This document shows positions 55,012 through 63,415 of a DNA stretch of 64,000 nucleotides, piece after piece. A program made the position numbers and the translations under genes. Under the pieces are notes generated by a model. The model saw nothing but the letters and a program-made list of their open reading frames with translations. It ran no database searches and was not told the origin of the DNA. The DNA is from Candidatus Micrarchaeota archaeon (GTDB lineage: Archaea > Micrarchaeota > Micrarchaeia > Burarchaeales > JAKAKT01), in the NCBI GenBank assembly GCA_041305385.1, contig JBFYLO010000011.1:8577-72576 (forward strand), written 5' to 3'. How positions within the stretch are numbered: the stretch's first letter is position 1; each line of letters starts with the position of its first letter.

Positions 55012-56187
55012 ATGCTCGAGTACGTGCTCGCATTCCTTGGGCTCTACTCCGTGGTGTTCTACTTCCTGCTCTACCTGACGGAATCTGAGAATGTCAGGGA
55101 GGACCCGAAGCCCAAGGGAACGCCGACGGTTTCGGTAATCATTCCCGCCTACAATGAGGAGAAATCCATCGGGAAAACCATTGAGTCGATACTCGCCCTC
55201 GATTACCCCAAGAAAAAACTCGAGGTAATCGTGGTTAACGACGGCTCAAAAGACAGGACGAGCGAAATAGCTAAAAGATACCCCGTAAAGCTAATTGAAA
55301 AGAAAAACTCGGGCAAGGCGAACTCAATCAACGTTGCCCTCGGGCAGGCGAGGGGCGAGCTGGTTGCAATCATGGATGCGGACTCCTACGTCTCAAAAGG
55401 TGCGCTGCTGAAAATGGTCGGGTATTTCGAGGACCCGGAAGTTGCGGCAGTCACTGCGGCCATGAAGGTCTGGGAGCCGAAAACACTGGTCCAGAAGATG
55501 CAAAAGGGCGAATACCTGATAAACGCATTTTTCAAAAAACTCCAAAGCTTCATTGATGGCATTTCCGTGACCCCGGGTCCTTTTTCAATTTATAAGCGGG
55601 CGGTGCTTCTGGAGCTGGGAGGATTCGATGAGCACACGATAACTGAAGACCAGGAAATCGCCCTCAGAATCCAGTCAAGGAACCTGAGAATCGAGAACTC
55701 CATCAACGCCGAGGTTTTCACCGATGTTCCCTCGAATTTGAGGTCCCTTTTCAAGCAGAGGAGGAGGTGGTACTTAGGCTATCTCCAGAACATCTGGAAG
55801 CACAAATCCCTATTCAGCCCGAAATATGGCGACTTCGGAATGTTTGTCATGCCCCTGGCCGCGGTCCTTCTAATCCTCTCTGTGCTCTCGCTGTTCATTG
55901 CCTACGTCCCCAAGTCCCTTGACCTCAGCCTGAGGCTCGACCCCTCAGCCCTCACTTTCTTTTACCTGGAACTCACCCCGACCCGGGTCGTGTTCCTGTT
56001 CATTTTCGCCATAAACGCCCTGGCTTTTTACTTCACATTGAGGAACACGCGCGAATACGGGTTCCTCGGAAACTTTTTATCGCTGATTGCTGTATCCTCA
56101 TTGATGCTCCTGCTCTGGATAGTGGTCCTCGCCGAGCAAATCGCAAACCTCTTGAGGGGCTTCAGCCCCACCTGGAGAGGCGAATGA
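55012..56187 (+). CDS. Processive family-2 glycosyltransferase (cellulose/chitin/PNAG-synthase-like, QxxRW)
   Basis: VSVIIPAYNEE, DGSKDRT, DAD, the processive GT2 motif QRRRW (KQRRRWYLG), an N-terminal TM and four C-terminal TM helices. Confidence 0.75.
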   Translation: MLEYVLAFLGLYSVVFYFLLYLTESENVREDPKPKGTPTVSVIIPAYNEEKSIGKTIESILALDYPKKKLEVIVVNDGSKDRTSEIAKRYPVKLIEKKNSGKANSINVALGQARGELVAIMDADSYVSKGALLKMVGYFEDPEVAAVTAAMKVWEPKTLVQKMQKGEYLINAFFKKLQSFIDGISVTPGPFSIYKRAVLLELGGFDEHTITEDQEIALRIQSRNLRIENSINAEVFTDVPSNLRSLFKQRRRWYLGYLQNIWKHKSLFSPKYGDFGMFVMPLAAVLLILSVLSLFIAYVPKSLDLSLRLDPSALTFFYLELTPTRVVFLFIFAINALAFYFTLRNTREYGFLGNFLSLIAVSSLMLLLWIVVLAEQIANLLRGFSPTWRGE

Positions 56188-56249
56188 AAGGACAAAGTTG
56201 CCAACAACTTTGGCCGCATTGGAATTAGCAAATTCCAATACAATATGAA

Positions 56250-56354
56250 GCAGCTGCATGGCGCGGTGCGAAGCTCCCGGGAGCTTCGCAGTCGGCATTC
56301 GAATGCCGACCGAGCCATCCGAATGGCTCGCCGCCAATTGCCGATGCAGCTGCC
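56250..56354. repeat. GC-rich triple-hairpin intergenic element, copy C (TIR GCAGCTGCAT...ATGCAGCTGC)
   Basis: Hairpins GCGAAGCTCCCGGGAGCTTCGC, AGTCGGCATTCGAATGCCGAC and GAGCCATCCGAATGGCTC, then a GCCGCCAATTGCCG tail. It lies in-frame inside the ORF-track extension of the 56245 ORF. Confidence 0.55.
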
Positions 56355-56355
56355 C

Positions 56356-57024
56356 ATGGTGGATGAGATGCAGAGAAAAATCAGCCCGCTCCACATCGTC
56401 GCCCTTTTCATAACGTCCCTAATATTCATAATCGGGATTCTAATCGGCTGGCAGATGGGATACACTGCCGAGAGCAAGATGAAGGGAGAGCTTGAGGGGC
56501 TCAGGAGCGAGCAGTATGCCCTGGATGTCCTTTCCCTCATGAGGGAGACCGGCGAGGCCGGGTGCCCAGCGCTTCAGAACGAGTTCGCCGAACTTTCAAC
56601 AATGACCATCGAATATGGTAACAGCCTCGATTACATGGAGAAGAAGCTGGGAAAGCTGGACCCCGAAGTCATGAGCCTCAAATCCGATTATTCGTTGATG
56701 CAGGCCAGGAACTACCTTCTGTTGAAGGACATGGACAAGAACTGCGGCTCAAGCCACATCATAATTCTGTACTTCTACACTAATGAGGACTACTCCGCAA
56801 GCACGGACCAGGGAATTGCCCTCCAGGATGCACTCGCCCAGTTGCCCGCGATTCGCGAGAAAACCGCCATCTACCACTTCGATGTAAATGTGAATAACCC
56901 GGTGATGGATGCATTCAAGGAGCAATATGGGGTTACTAAAGTTCCAACCATGATAATCAAAGGGAAGAAATACGAGGGCTATGTGAGCGCTGAAAAATGC
57001 AGGGAGATTTTTGAGAATGCGTGA
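56356..57024 (+). CDS. Membrane-anchored thioredoxin-fold protein, hypothetical
   Basis: The start is taken at ATG 56356, immediately after the repeat element. The ORF-track start at 56245 would translate the repeat as RSSRELRSRHSNADRAIRMARRQLPMQ. An N-terminal TM is followed by a glutaredoxin-like C-terminus VPTMIIKGKKYEGY. Confidence 0.4.
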   Translation: MVDEMQRKISPLHIVALFITSLIFIIGILIGWQMGYTAESKMKGELEGLRSEQYALDVLSLMRETGEAGCPALQNEFAELSTMTIEYGNSLDYMEKKLGKLDPEVMSLKSDYSLMQARNYLLLKDMDKNCGSSHIIILYFYTNEDYSASTDQGIALQDALAQLPAIREKTAIYHFDVNVNNPVMDAFKEQYGVTKVPTMIIKGKKYEGYVSAEKCREIFENA

Positions 57025-57033
57025 GGCGGGAGA

Positions 57034-57537
57034 ATGATGCTGTTCACCTTTTGGAATGATGACATCTCGAGAAAGCTCGAGAAATCGGACAAATCCGCAG
57101 CCCTATTCTGGAGGCTTTCGAACCTTTTCGGAAAGCTTTGCATGTTCCCGTTGGCAGCAGGAGTCGTCTGTCTTCTCATTGCAGCACTTGGCCCACCCAT
57201 ACTCAGTTCAATGTTCGGCGAATTAACCGCCGATCTGAACATGCCGGTTGCGAAGAACATCAGCTCAATCTCTGAAAACACTCGCGATATTTTCTCGACC
57301 CTCGGCCTCCTTGCGTTCATCATAGCCGGATTGCTCATCATCCCCTATTCAGTCGCAACTGGAATGCTTGCTCTTAGGATGAAGGATAACGGCTGGGGCA
57401 TAGCCCTGCTCCTCGGCTTCTTCCTGTGGCCCCTGGCCATTCTGGGCCCCATATACAAGCAGCGGAAGCGAAAGGAGTTCTCAAACAAAACTGAGGCGGT
57501 TGAATGTTCTGGGAAGACGACATCTCGAAAAAGCTGA
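57034..57537 (+). CDS. Small polytopic membrane protein, paralog 1 (FWxDDISxKL family), hypothetical
   Basis: Begins MMLFTFWNDDISRKLEK...FWRLSNLF, with 3-4 TM helices. It overlaps paralog 2 by 34 nt in another frame. Confidence 0.4.
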   Translation: MMLFTFWNDDISRKLEKSDKSAALFWRLSNLFGKLCMFPLAAGVVCLLIAALGPPILSSMFGELTADLNMPVAKNISSISENTRDIFSTLGLLAFIIAGLLIIPYSVATGMLALRMKDNGWGIALLLGFFLWPLAILGPIYKQRKRKEFSNKTEAVECSGKTTSRKS

Positions 57538-58034
57538 CCGAGGCTGGAAGGAAAAACACGGGCACTCTCTGGAAGGTCTCGAACCTGTTTGCGGTTCCAG
57601 CGGTCCTCGCTATGCTTGCGCTAATCGGCGGAATCGTCCTTCTAATAGTTGCTGCCTCGGCCACCTTTCTCTTCGGTCCATCGCCAACCACCGACACCAT
57701 AAAAAACGTTGTCCCAGTGATAGCTCTGCTGCTCTTTATCGCTGCAGGAGTCCTTTACCTCTTTTTCCTCGTCTATGCTGTCATTGTAGCTGCCATAGCA
57801 TTTGATTTCGGAGATGTTTGGTGGGGGGCGGCGAACCTGCTAATTGGCATTACGGCTCCGTTCTACAAATATTTCAAGGCCAAGGAGATTCGGGAGAAGG
57901 GGCTCCAGCTGAAAGAACTTAACAATTCGCCGGCTGAAGTGGAAAAAAACAAACAACCTCCTGAAGCCGAGCCCGTTGTTCAGCCGCCCGCCCCCGAGCC
58001 TAAAAAGCCCACTAGAAAAAAAGTTTCCTCTTAA
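57504..58034 (+). CDS. Small polytopic membrane protein, paralog 2 (FWxDDISxKL family) with Pro-rich basic tail, hypothetical
   Basis: Begins MFWEDDISKKLTEA...LWKVSNLF and ends PPEAEPVVQPPAPEPKKPTRKK. Confidence 0.4.
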   Translation: MFWEDDISKKLTEAGRKNTGTLWKVSNLFAVPAVLAMLALIGGIVLLIVAASATFLFGPSPTTDTIKNVVPVIALLLFIAAGVLYLFFLVYAVIVAAIAFDFGDVWWGAANLLIGITAPFYKYFKAKEIREKGLQLKELNNSPAEVEKNKQPPEAEPVVQPPAPEPKKPTRKKVSS

Positions 58035-58041
58035 TATCCAA

Positions 58042-58323
58042 TCACTCGAGCCATCCATAGCCAGCGTTTCTCCTCATTATCGTAGTTACCCGGACCTCGT
58101 TTCCAACAATAGCATAAACGACCCTGAAATCCCCGGCTCTCAGGCGGTAAAAAGCCGGATTAAACGAGCCTTCGAGTTTCTTTATGTCCGCGCCGCTTCT
58201 TTTTCTGAAAGGGTTTTCCCCAAGAGCCGAAAGCGCCTTCTTTATCCTCCGCTGGTCCTTCTGCTCGAGCTCGTAAAACGATTTGCGGGCAGCGTCAGAA
58301 ACCAAAACTGAGAAACCGTTCAT
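58042..58323 (-). CDS. RelE/ParE-family type II toxin
   Basis: 93 aa, KKALSALGENPF...RLRAGDFRVVYAIVGNEVRVTTIMRR, with typical RelE/StbE-fold conservation. It overlaps the upstream small gene by 4 bp. Confidence 0.65.
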   Translation of the reverse strand: MNGFSVLVSDAARKSFYELEQKDQRRIKKALSALGENPFRKRSGADIKKLEGSFNPAFYRLRAGDFRVVYAIVGNEVRVTTIMRRNAGYGWLE

Positions 58324-58514
58324 AGCTCATCAGCCGGAGTGAACCCCTCGTTCCTCAGAATCCACTTCTGCCTCTCGAGGAATCCGTGCAAGGTGGCGAC
58401 TTCCATGAGCTCATTCAGTATGTCGTTGTATGTCTGCTTCTTGCTGCCGAACTCCTTGAGCTTGTCTCGAGTCCTAACGTCTATCGATATCGTCGTGTTC
58501 ATATAATCAAACAT
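58320..58514 (-). CDS. Putative antitoxin partner of the RelE-like toxin
   Basis: 64-aa acidic protein immediately upstream with a 4-bp overlap. Confidence 0.5.
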   Translation of the reverse strand: MFDYMNTTISIDVRTRDKLKEFGSKKQTYNDILNELMEVATLHGFLERQKWILRNEGFTPADEL

Positions 58515-58550
58515 AATTGTTAGATTTAGTTATATTTAAGCCTTGCCCAC

Positions 58551-58766
58551 CTACTTGAACAGATCCTCGATGCCATCGTCGTCCTCAATTTCTTCCAGAA
58601 CCGAATTCTCTGCAGGCGGGGCTTCAATTTTCCTCCCGCCCGCGCAGTTCTTGCAGACATTCCCCCTGTAATCAAAGCAGGCGGGGCATACCTTCGCCCC
58701 GCACAGGGGACACGTGTGCTTCACGGTCAATTTCCCGCAGATGTCGCATAATCCGGCGAAGTCCAA
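58551..58766 (-). CDS. Cys-rich zinc-ribbon protein (8 Cys), hypothetical
   Basis: CDICGKLTVKHTCPLCGAKVCPACFDYRGNVCKNC plus an acidic tail. Confidence 0.45.
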   Translation of the reverse strand: MDFAGLCDICGKLTVKHTCPLCGAKVCPACFDYRGNVCKNCAGGRKIEAPPAENSVLEEIEDDDGIEDLFK

Positions 58767-58812
58767 GGTATCACCATTTAAATAACGCCGTTTATATATT
58801 ACTGGTGATGCT

Positions 58813-61269
58813 TTGAACTGGCACTACTCGCTTTTCGTAATACTCTTCTTGGCCTCGTCTCCTTTTGCTACGCTGATAGCCGAACAATCTACAGACAAAG
58901 AGATTTCTGTGCCGACTTCGATTTCTGAAAACAAAATTGGGATGGCAAACCCGGCAGCAGTTTACTGCATTGAGCTTGGCTATGGTTACAAAATCACCAA
59001 AGGGCCATTGGGCGAATATGGGACTTGCATTTTCCCGGACAAGACCGAGTGCGAAGAGTGGCAGTTTCTTGCTGGTAAATGCGGGCAGAGCCACTCCTAT
59101 TGCGCGAAGCAAGGCTATGGGATAAAAACGATGAGCGATGGGAAGGACCCGTTCTCCCCGGAATATGCGGTTTGCACTTCCGTTGATAAAAAAATTGAAA
59201 TTGATTCTGTTTCAAAACTATTCGACCTGCAAACAAAATCACTGAAAGGGTCGATTACTATTTCGGTCAAAGAAGCCGTAGCTGCCCCCACATCGTCTAC
59301 ACAAGCCCAGGAAACTCCATCAGTTCTTCCCCCATCTTTTGACTGGAGAGATTACAATGGTCAGAATTGGATGACTCCAGTTAGAGACCAAGGCAGTTGT
59401 GGTTCATGCTGGGTTTTTTCGACAGTTGGAGTGGTTGAGGCTCTTTTTAACTTACTTGACAATACTCCAGGACGAGATTTTGACCTCTCAGAACAGACCA
59501 TAGTTTCTTGCAACGGAGTGGGTAATGGTTGTCTTGGAGGAGACCCAAGATTTGCGCTCTCATACATTAAAAATACCGGAATCCCGGATGAGATGTGTTT
59601 TCCCTATGTTGCTCAGTACGCGTCATGCTCAAATAGATGTCCAGACTGGATGGAAAGATCAGTAACCATAACGAGTCATGGGGAAATGTGGAACGTCTCC
59701 GGTATGGAACTTGTTCCTCTGGATATCGAAACAGTAAAAAGATATCTAATCGAGAAGGGACCACTTGAAACTGTTATGAGCACCCGTGGCAGTTTCATAA
59801 ATTTTAACGGAACTTTTGTTTATGTTTGTAACGGTGATCGAAATCTCACGCATTCTGTAATCATTACGGGTTATAATGATAACTTTACCCTCCCTCAAAA
59901 CCCATACACGAACAGCGGAGGTTACTGGATTATTAAAAACAGTTGGGGTTTAGTGGGTGATGGGTATATCTACATAAAATATGGGGAATGCGGCGTGCCT
60001 ACGATGATAACCTACGCTAAAAAATGCCTGGAGGCAGGAGCGCAATGCAATAATAATCTTCAGTGCTGCTCTCGCGATTGTAATGGCGGGACGTGTTCTC
60101 AGCGATGTGGTGATGATGATTGTGATGGAAATGAAACCTGTGAAACTTGTAAGCAAGATTGTGGTCGTTGCTCTTGTGGAGATGGGGAGTGTACTCATAC
60201 TGGCATTACGAGCCAATTTGAAAGATGCGATAATTGTCCAGAAGACTGTGGCCAGTGCACAGGGTGCGGAGACGGTTTTTGCGTCCCCCCTGAAAACTGC
60301 TTAACGTGTCCAGGAGATTGCATTAGTTGTTGTGGTGACGGACAGTGTTTAGGAAACGAAACAACAGTTACATGTCCAAATGATTGCGGAAGCCTTTGTG
60401 GCGATGGAGCATGTAATGGGTACGAAGACACCCGTGAATGCCCAGAAGACTGCGGTTCATTGTGCGGCGATTGGACATGCAATGGAAATGAGACCTGTTT
60501 ATCCTGCCCGACAGACTGTTTCTACTGTTTCGCCGACCCAGCGGTCCAAAACATCAGTTGGACGCCGGATTCACCAACTAACTGTAGCGGATACGGCAAC
60601 GTTGAGGTGAAGAACATAGGGACTTTCCCGAGCCCACGGGGGGTTTACTCAATTTATGCCGATAACATACTCATCGGTCAAGGGTTTACTAGTGAACTCC
60701 CGCCAGGGCGGTCCAACTACATCGGCTTCCTTTACAATCCCATATCAACGTCCTCACCTTACCGGATGATTGAAGCATCGATAAATGTTGTCAACGATTC
60801 TAACCCTGAAAACAACCGGCTCGTCAAGCAGATAACTCTCAACTGCTACTGCGGTAACGGGAGATGCGATTTGAATGAGAATACAGCAACCTGTCCTTCT
60901 GACTGCCCACTCCAATTCTGCGGAGATGGAACCTGCAATTCTGGAGAGACGTGCTCTTCATGTCCGAGTGACTGCGGAACGTGTATATGTACCCCAGCCT
61001 ATTTCTGCAAAGACATCAACACGCTGGCGTACAGAAATTTCAAGTGCTACGTTAGCTATTCGAGCTGCAATGGGGGAATCTGCTGCAATGGCAAATGCCA
61101 AAAGGCACTCCCCGGAGCTACGTGCATCGATGTCAATACGGTGGTGGCAGCACAAAACATTGCGCAGGTGCAGGGCCCTGAGCTTCCGACTGTTCTCGCA
61201 GTTCTGAGCATGGTTGTCTTGGTGGGGGTAGTGCTCTATGCGTTCATAAAAATAGAAACGAGGTTCTGA
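58813..61269 (+). CDS. Membrane-anchored secreted papain-like (C1) cysteine protease with N-terminal DUF333 domain and a C-terminal array of Cys-rich repeats
   Basis: TTG start with signal peptide. DUF333-like NPAAVYCIELGYGYKI..GTCIFPDKTECEEWQF. C1 peptidase motifs are QGSCGSCWVFSTVG (catalytic Cys) plus downstream His/Asn regions. There are at least eight repeats of C[GS]DGxCxxxExxxxCPxDCGxxC. The C-terminus has a TM anchor LPTVLAVLSMVVLVGVVLYAFI. The island is AT-rich. Confidence 0.75.
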   Translation: MNWHYSLFVILFLASSPFATLIAEQSTDKEISVPTSISENKIGMANPAAVYCIELGYGYKITKGPLGEYGTCIFPDKTECEEWQFLAGKCGQSHSYCAKQGYGIKTMSDGKDPFSPEYAVCTSVDKKIEIDSVSKLFDLQTKSLKGSITISVKEAVAAPTSSTQAQETPSVLPPSFDWRDYNGQNWMTPVRDQGSCGSCWVFSTVGVVEALFNLLDNTPGRDFDLSEQTIVSCNGVGNGCLGGDPRFALSYIKNTGIPDEMCFPYVAQYASCSNRCPDWMERSVTITSHGEMWNVSGMELVPLDIETVKRYLIEKGPLETVMSTRGSFINFNGTFVYVCNGDRNLTHSVIITGYNDNFTLPQNPYTNSGGYWIIKNSWGLVGDGYIYIKYGECGVPTMITYAKKCLEAGAQCNNNLQCCSRDCNGGTCSQRCGDDDCDGNETCETCKQDCGRCSCGDGECTHTGITSQFERCDNCPEDCGQCTGCGDGFCVPPENCLTCPGDCISCCGDGQCLGNETTVTCPNDCGSLCGDGACNGYEDTRECPEDCGSLCGDWTCNGNETCLSCPTDCFYCFADPAVQNISWTPDSPTNCSGYGNVEVKNIGTFPSPRGVYSIYADNILIGQGFTSELPPGRSNYIGFLYNPISTSSPYRMIEASINVVNDSNPENNRLVKQITLNCYCGNGRCDLNENTATCPSDCPLQFCGDGTCNSGETCSSCPSDCGTCICTPAYFCKDINTLAYRNFKCYVSYSSCNGGICCNGKCQKALPGATCIDVNTVVAAQNIAQVQGPELPTVLAVLSMVVLVGVVLYAFIKIETRF

Positions 61270-61315
61270 GGCTCACTCCGCTTCAATCCCGTGGTCTCTT
61301 CGCGCTCGATTCGTC

Positions 61316-61642
61316 TCATTCCACTTCGATTTCCACAACCTTCACTTCATTGGCATTGGTCTCAATATCAGGCGAGCCGCACTTCGGGCAGCGAATGGGC
61401 GAGAACTGCGTCGAGGTCTCCTTCTTGCACTTGTGGCACTTGAGATAAGGTTTCATCATCTTGACTTCGAGTTTTGCATTTCCCGCAGGAGTGCTCTCGG
61501 AAAGCATGAAGAACAATTCCCTGAACTCGGCCACATCGGTTATGTTCGAGCCCACCTCAATGCGGATTCTCTTTACTTTCTTCCCTTTTGCCCCCTCGAG
61601 GACAGCGGAAAGCGCGGCTTTCACATAAGGCATCTCTTGCAT
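61316..61642 (-). CDS. hypA: Hydrogenase nickel-insertion / maturation protein HypA
   Basis: 108 aa with an MQEMPYVKAALSAVLE N-terminus (HypA MHE.s.a.sI...) and a C-terminal zinc site CHKC...CPKCGS. Confidence 0.6.
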   Translation of the reverse strand: MQEMPYVKAALSAVLEGAKGKKVKRIRIEVGSNITDVAEFRELFFMLSESTPAGNAKLEVKMMKPYLKCHKCKKETSTQFSPIRCPKCGSPDIETNANEVKVVEIEVE

Positions 61643-61648
61643 GATTCA

Positions 61649-61763
61649 CACAACTTCCGCAGCGCCACGGCGCGGTGAGAAACGCCCCGAGCGTTTCTCA
61701 GTCGGCCTCCGAAGGCCGACCAAGCGCCTCGCAGCGCTTGCCGCTTATTGCCGGTGGCGCTGC
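61649..61763. repeat. GC-rich triple-hairpin intergenic element, copy D (TIR GCAGCGCCAC...GTGGCGCTGC)
   Basis: Hairpins GAGAAACGCCCCGAGCGTTTCTC, AGTCGGCCTCCGAAGGCCGAC and CAAGCGCCTCGCAGCGCTTG, then a GCCGCTTATTGCCG tail. It lies between the NuoI-like gene stop and the hypA start. Confidence 0.55.
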
Positions 61764-61768
61764 TTTTT

Positions 61769-62434
61769 TCACTTGTTTCTTTTCACCCAGGGCGGGGCAT
61801 CCTTGAATTCCAAATCTTCGGCGGGCTTCCCGTCCCCCTCGATTATACCGCCCCCAGTTTTTTCTTCACTCTGGGCTTCCCCGCCTCCCCCCTCCAGCTC
61901 CTTCCTGGCCTTTTCCACTAGGGTTTCCTCTTTCTCTTGCTTGGGCTCAGGGGGCTTCTCCTCTGGCTTGGGCTGGGCGGGCTTGAGCCTGCATTCCGGG
62001 CATCTGGCGAACAGCTTCGGGTCCATCCTCTTCGTTTCAATCATGTAATTCTTCTGGACAAGGGCCATGGTGTCCTTGCCGCATACCTCGCACTTGGCCA
62101 TCTCGTAAATTTTCTTGGCATAGAGCTCCTTGTCCTCGCGCGCCTCCTCGTAGCGGTCGGTGAATATGACTGCGTTCACGGGGCAGACGTCGGCGCACCT
62201 TCCGCAGGATATGCAATGGGGGAGCCAGTAGACCAGGGATTTCCTGTCGAACTTTATGCACTTGGCAGGGCAGGCTGCTGCGCAAGCCCCGCAGGCTATG
62301 CATGCGTCTGAAATCTCAATCATGCCCCTGAACCTCGCCGGGGGCAGCACCTTCCTGGCCGGGTAGGGGACAGTGCTTGGCATGCGGAAGAGGTTCTTCA
62401 GCACGTCGTCAATCATCCTTGGAATCAGTTTCAT
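61769..62434 (-). CDS. NuoI/EchF/HycF-like 2x[4Fe-4S] ferredoxin subunit of a membrane-bound hydrogenase, with extra Cys motif and K/E/P-rich tail
   Basis: CIACGACAAACP and CISCGRCADVCP, an additional CEVCGK...CPEC, and a C-terminal PKPEEKPPEPKQEKEE low-complexity region. Confidence 0.75.
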   Translation of the reverse strand: MKLIPRMIDDVLKNLFRMPSTVPYPARKVLPPARFRGMIEISDACIACGACAAACPAKCIKFDRKSLVYWLPHCISCGRCADVCPVNAVIFTDRYEEAREDKELYAKKIYEMAKCEVCGKDTMALVQKNYMIETKRMDPKLFARCPECRLKPAQPKPEEKPPEPKQEKEETLVEKARKELEGGGGEAQSEEKTGGGIIEGDGKPAEDLEFKDAPPWVKRNK

Positions 62435-63414
62435 CCAACAACACCGTTATAGACCAATACAATTAACATCTGGATTATCGCGAACAGGAGCAGGCCCTTC
62501 AGGTAGAAGCCGGAGGCCTGGTGGACCTTGAACCTCCCGGAGACTGCTTCCACAATCGCCATGAGAATCGCTGCGAAGAGCGCCACAGCCATCTGGAACA
62601 CGAGCATCATGAGGACCCCGAGGGCTGAAACTGAGAGGAAGGGGACCGCTTTCTCGATGCCCTGGAACGCCGGCATGAGGAAGGCTCCGGGCTCGGGAAT
62701 GGGCATGAACAGGGTTGCGAAAAGCATGGGGAAGACATAGAATTTGAGGGCTTCAGTAATCTTGTAGGCTGCGAGGAGCCTTCCCGAATATTCGGTGTAA
62801 ATGCCCTCCACTATCTCGGTCTCAGCCTCGGTCACGTGGAACGGCGCCCTTCCCAGCTCCCCGAGCATGCAGGCGAAATAGACCGCTGCACCAAGGAGGA
62901 GCAGTGCGTTCGAAGCCGCGTCCATGGCCCCAAGGGAGAAGCTCTTCGCCAGGAAGGCCACTGAGAGCAGGACCAATGTCATGGGGAGCTCAAACGAGAT
63001 GACCATCGTTATCTCCCTGGAGGCGCCGATTGCCGAGAAGGGGGAGCCCGAGGCAGAGGCCCCAAGTATTATCCCGATGCTCGAGAGTATAATCACATAA
63101 AGGAGCACGAACAGGTCGCCGCCGAATCCCCAGAGCGAGACCTTTGCTATGGGCACGAGCAGCACCGCAGTTGAAATCGCAGCCACTGAGACCAGCGGGG
63201 CGAGTATGAACAGGGGCCTGACCGCACCCTTCGGAATCAGCGTCTCCTTCGAGAGCAGTTTCAATATGTCATAGAGGGGCTGGAGTATGGGCGGGCCTAT
63301 CCTGTTCTGCAGCCTCGCGAAAAGCTTCCTCTCGACTCCTTGAAGTATTATCCCGAATAGGAAAGCGAACAGCAGGAGCACAGCCGAGCCCAGCAAATAT
63401 TGGACAGCATCCAT
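62431..63414 (-). CDS. NuoH/EchB/HycD-like integral membrane subunit of energy-converting hydrogenase
   Basis: RKLFARLQNRIGPPILQPLYDILKL and eight TM helices. It has 4-bp overlaps with both neighbours. Confidence 0.8.
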   Translation of the reverse strand: MDAVQYLLGSAVLLLFAFLFGIILQGVERKLFARLQNRIGPPILQPLYDILKLLSKETLIPKGAVRPLFILAPLVSVAAISTAVLLVPIAKVSLWGFGGDLFVLLYVIILSSIGIILGASASGSPFSAIGASREITMVISFELPMTLVLLSVAFLAKSFSLGAMDAASNALLLLGAAVYFACMLGELGRAPFHVTEAETEIVEGIYTEYSGRLLAAYKITEALKFYVFPMLFATLFMPIPEPGAFLMPAFQGIEKAVPFLSVSALGVLMMLVFQMAVALFAAILMAIVEAVSGRFKVHQASGFYLKGLLLFAIIQMLIVLVYNGVVG

Positions 63415-63415
63415 C

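Noticed and set aside
56245-56355. N-terminal 37 codons of ORF 56245..57024
   Set aside because: They translate the palindromic repeat element copy C. The ATG at 56356 directly after the element gives a sensible TM-anchored protein.
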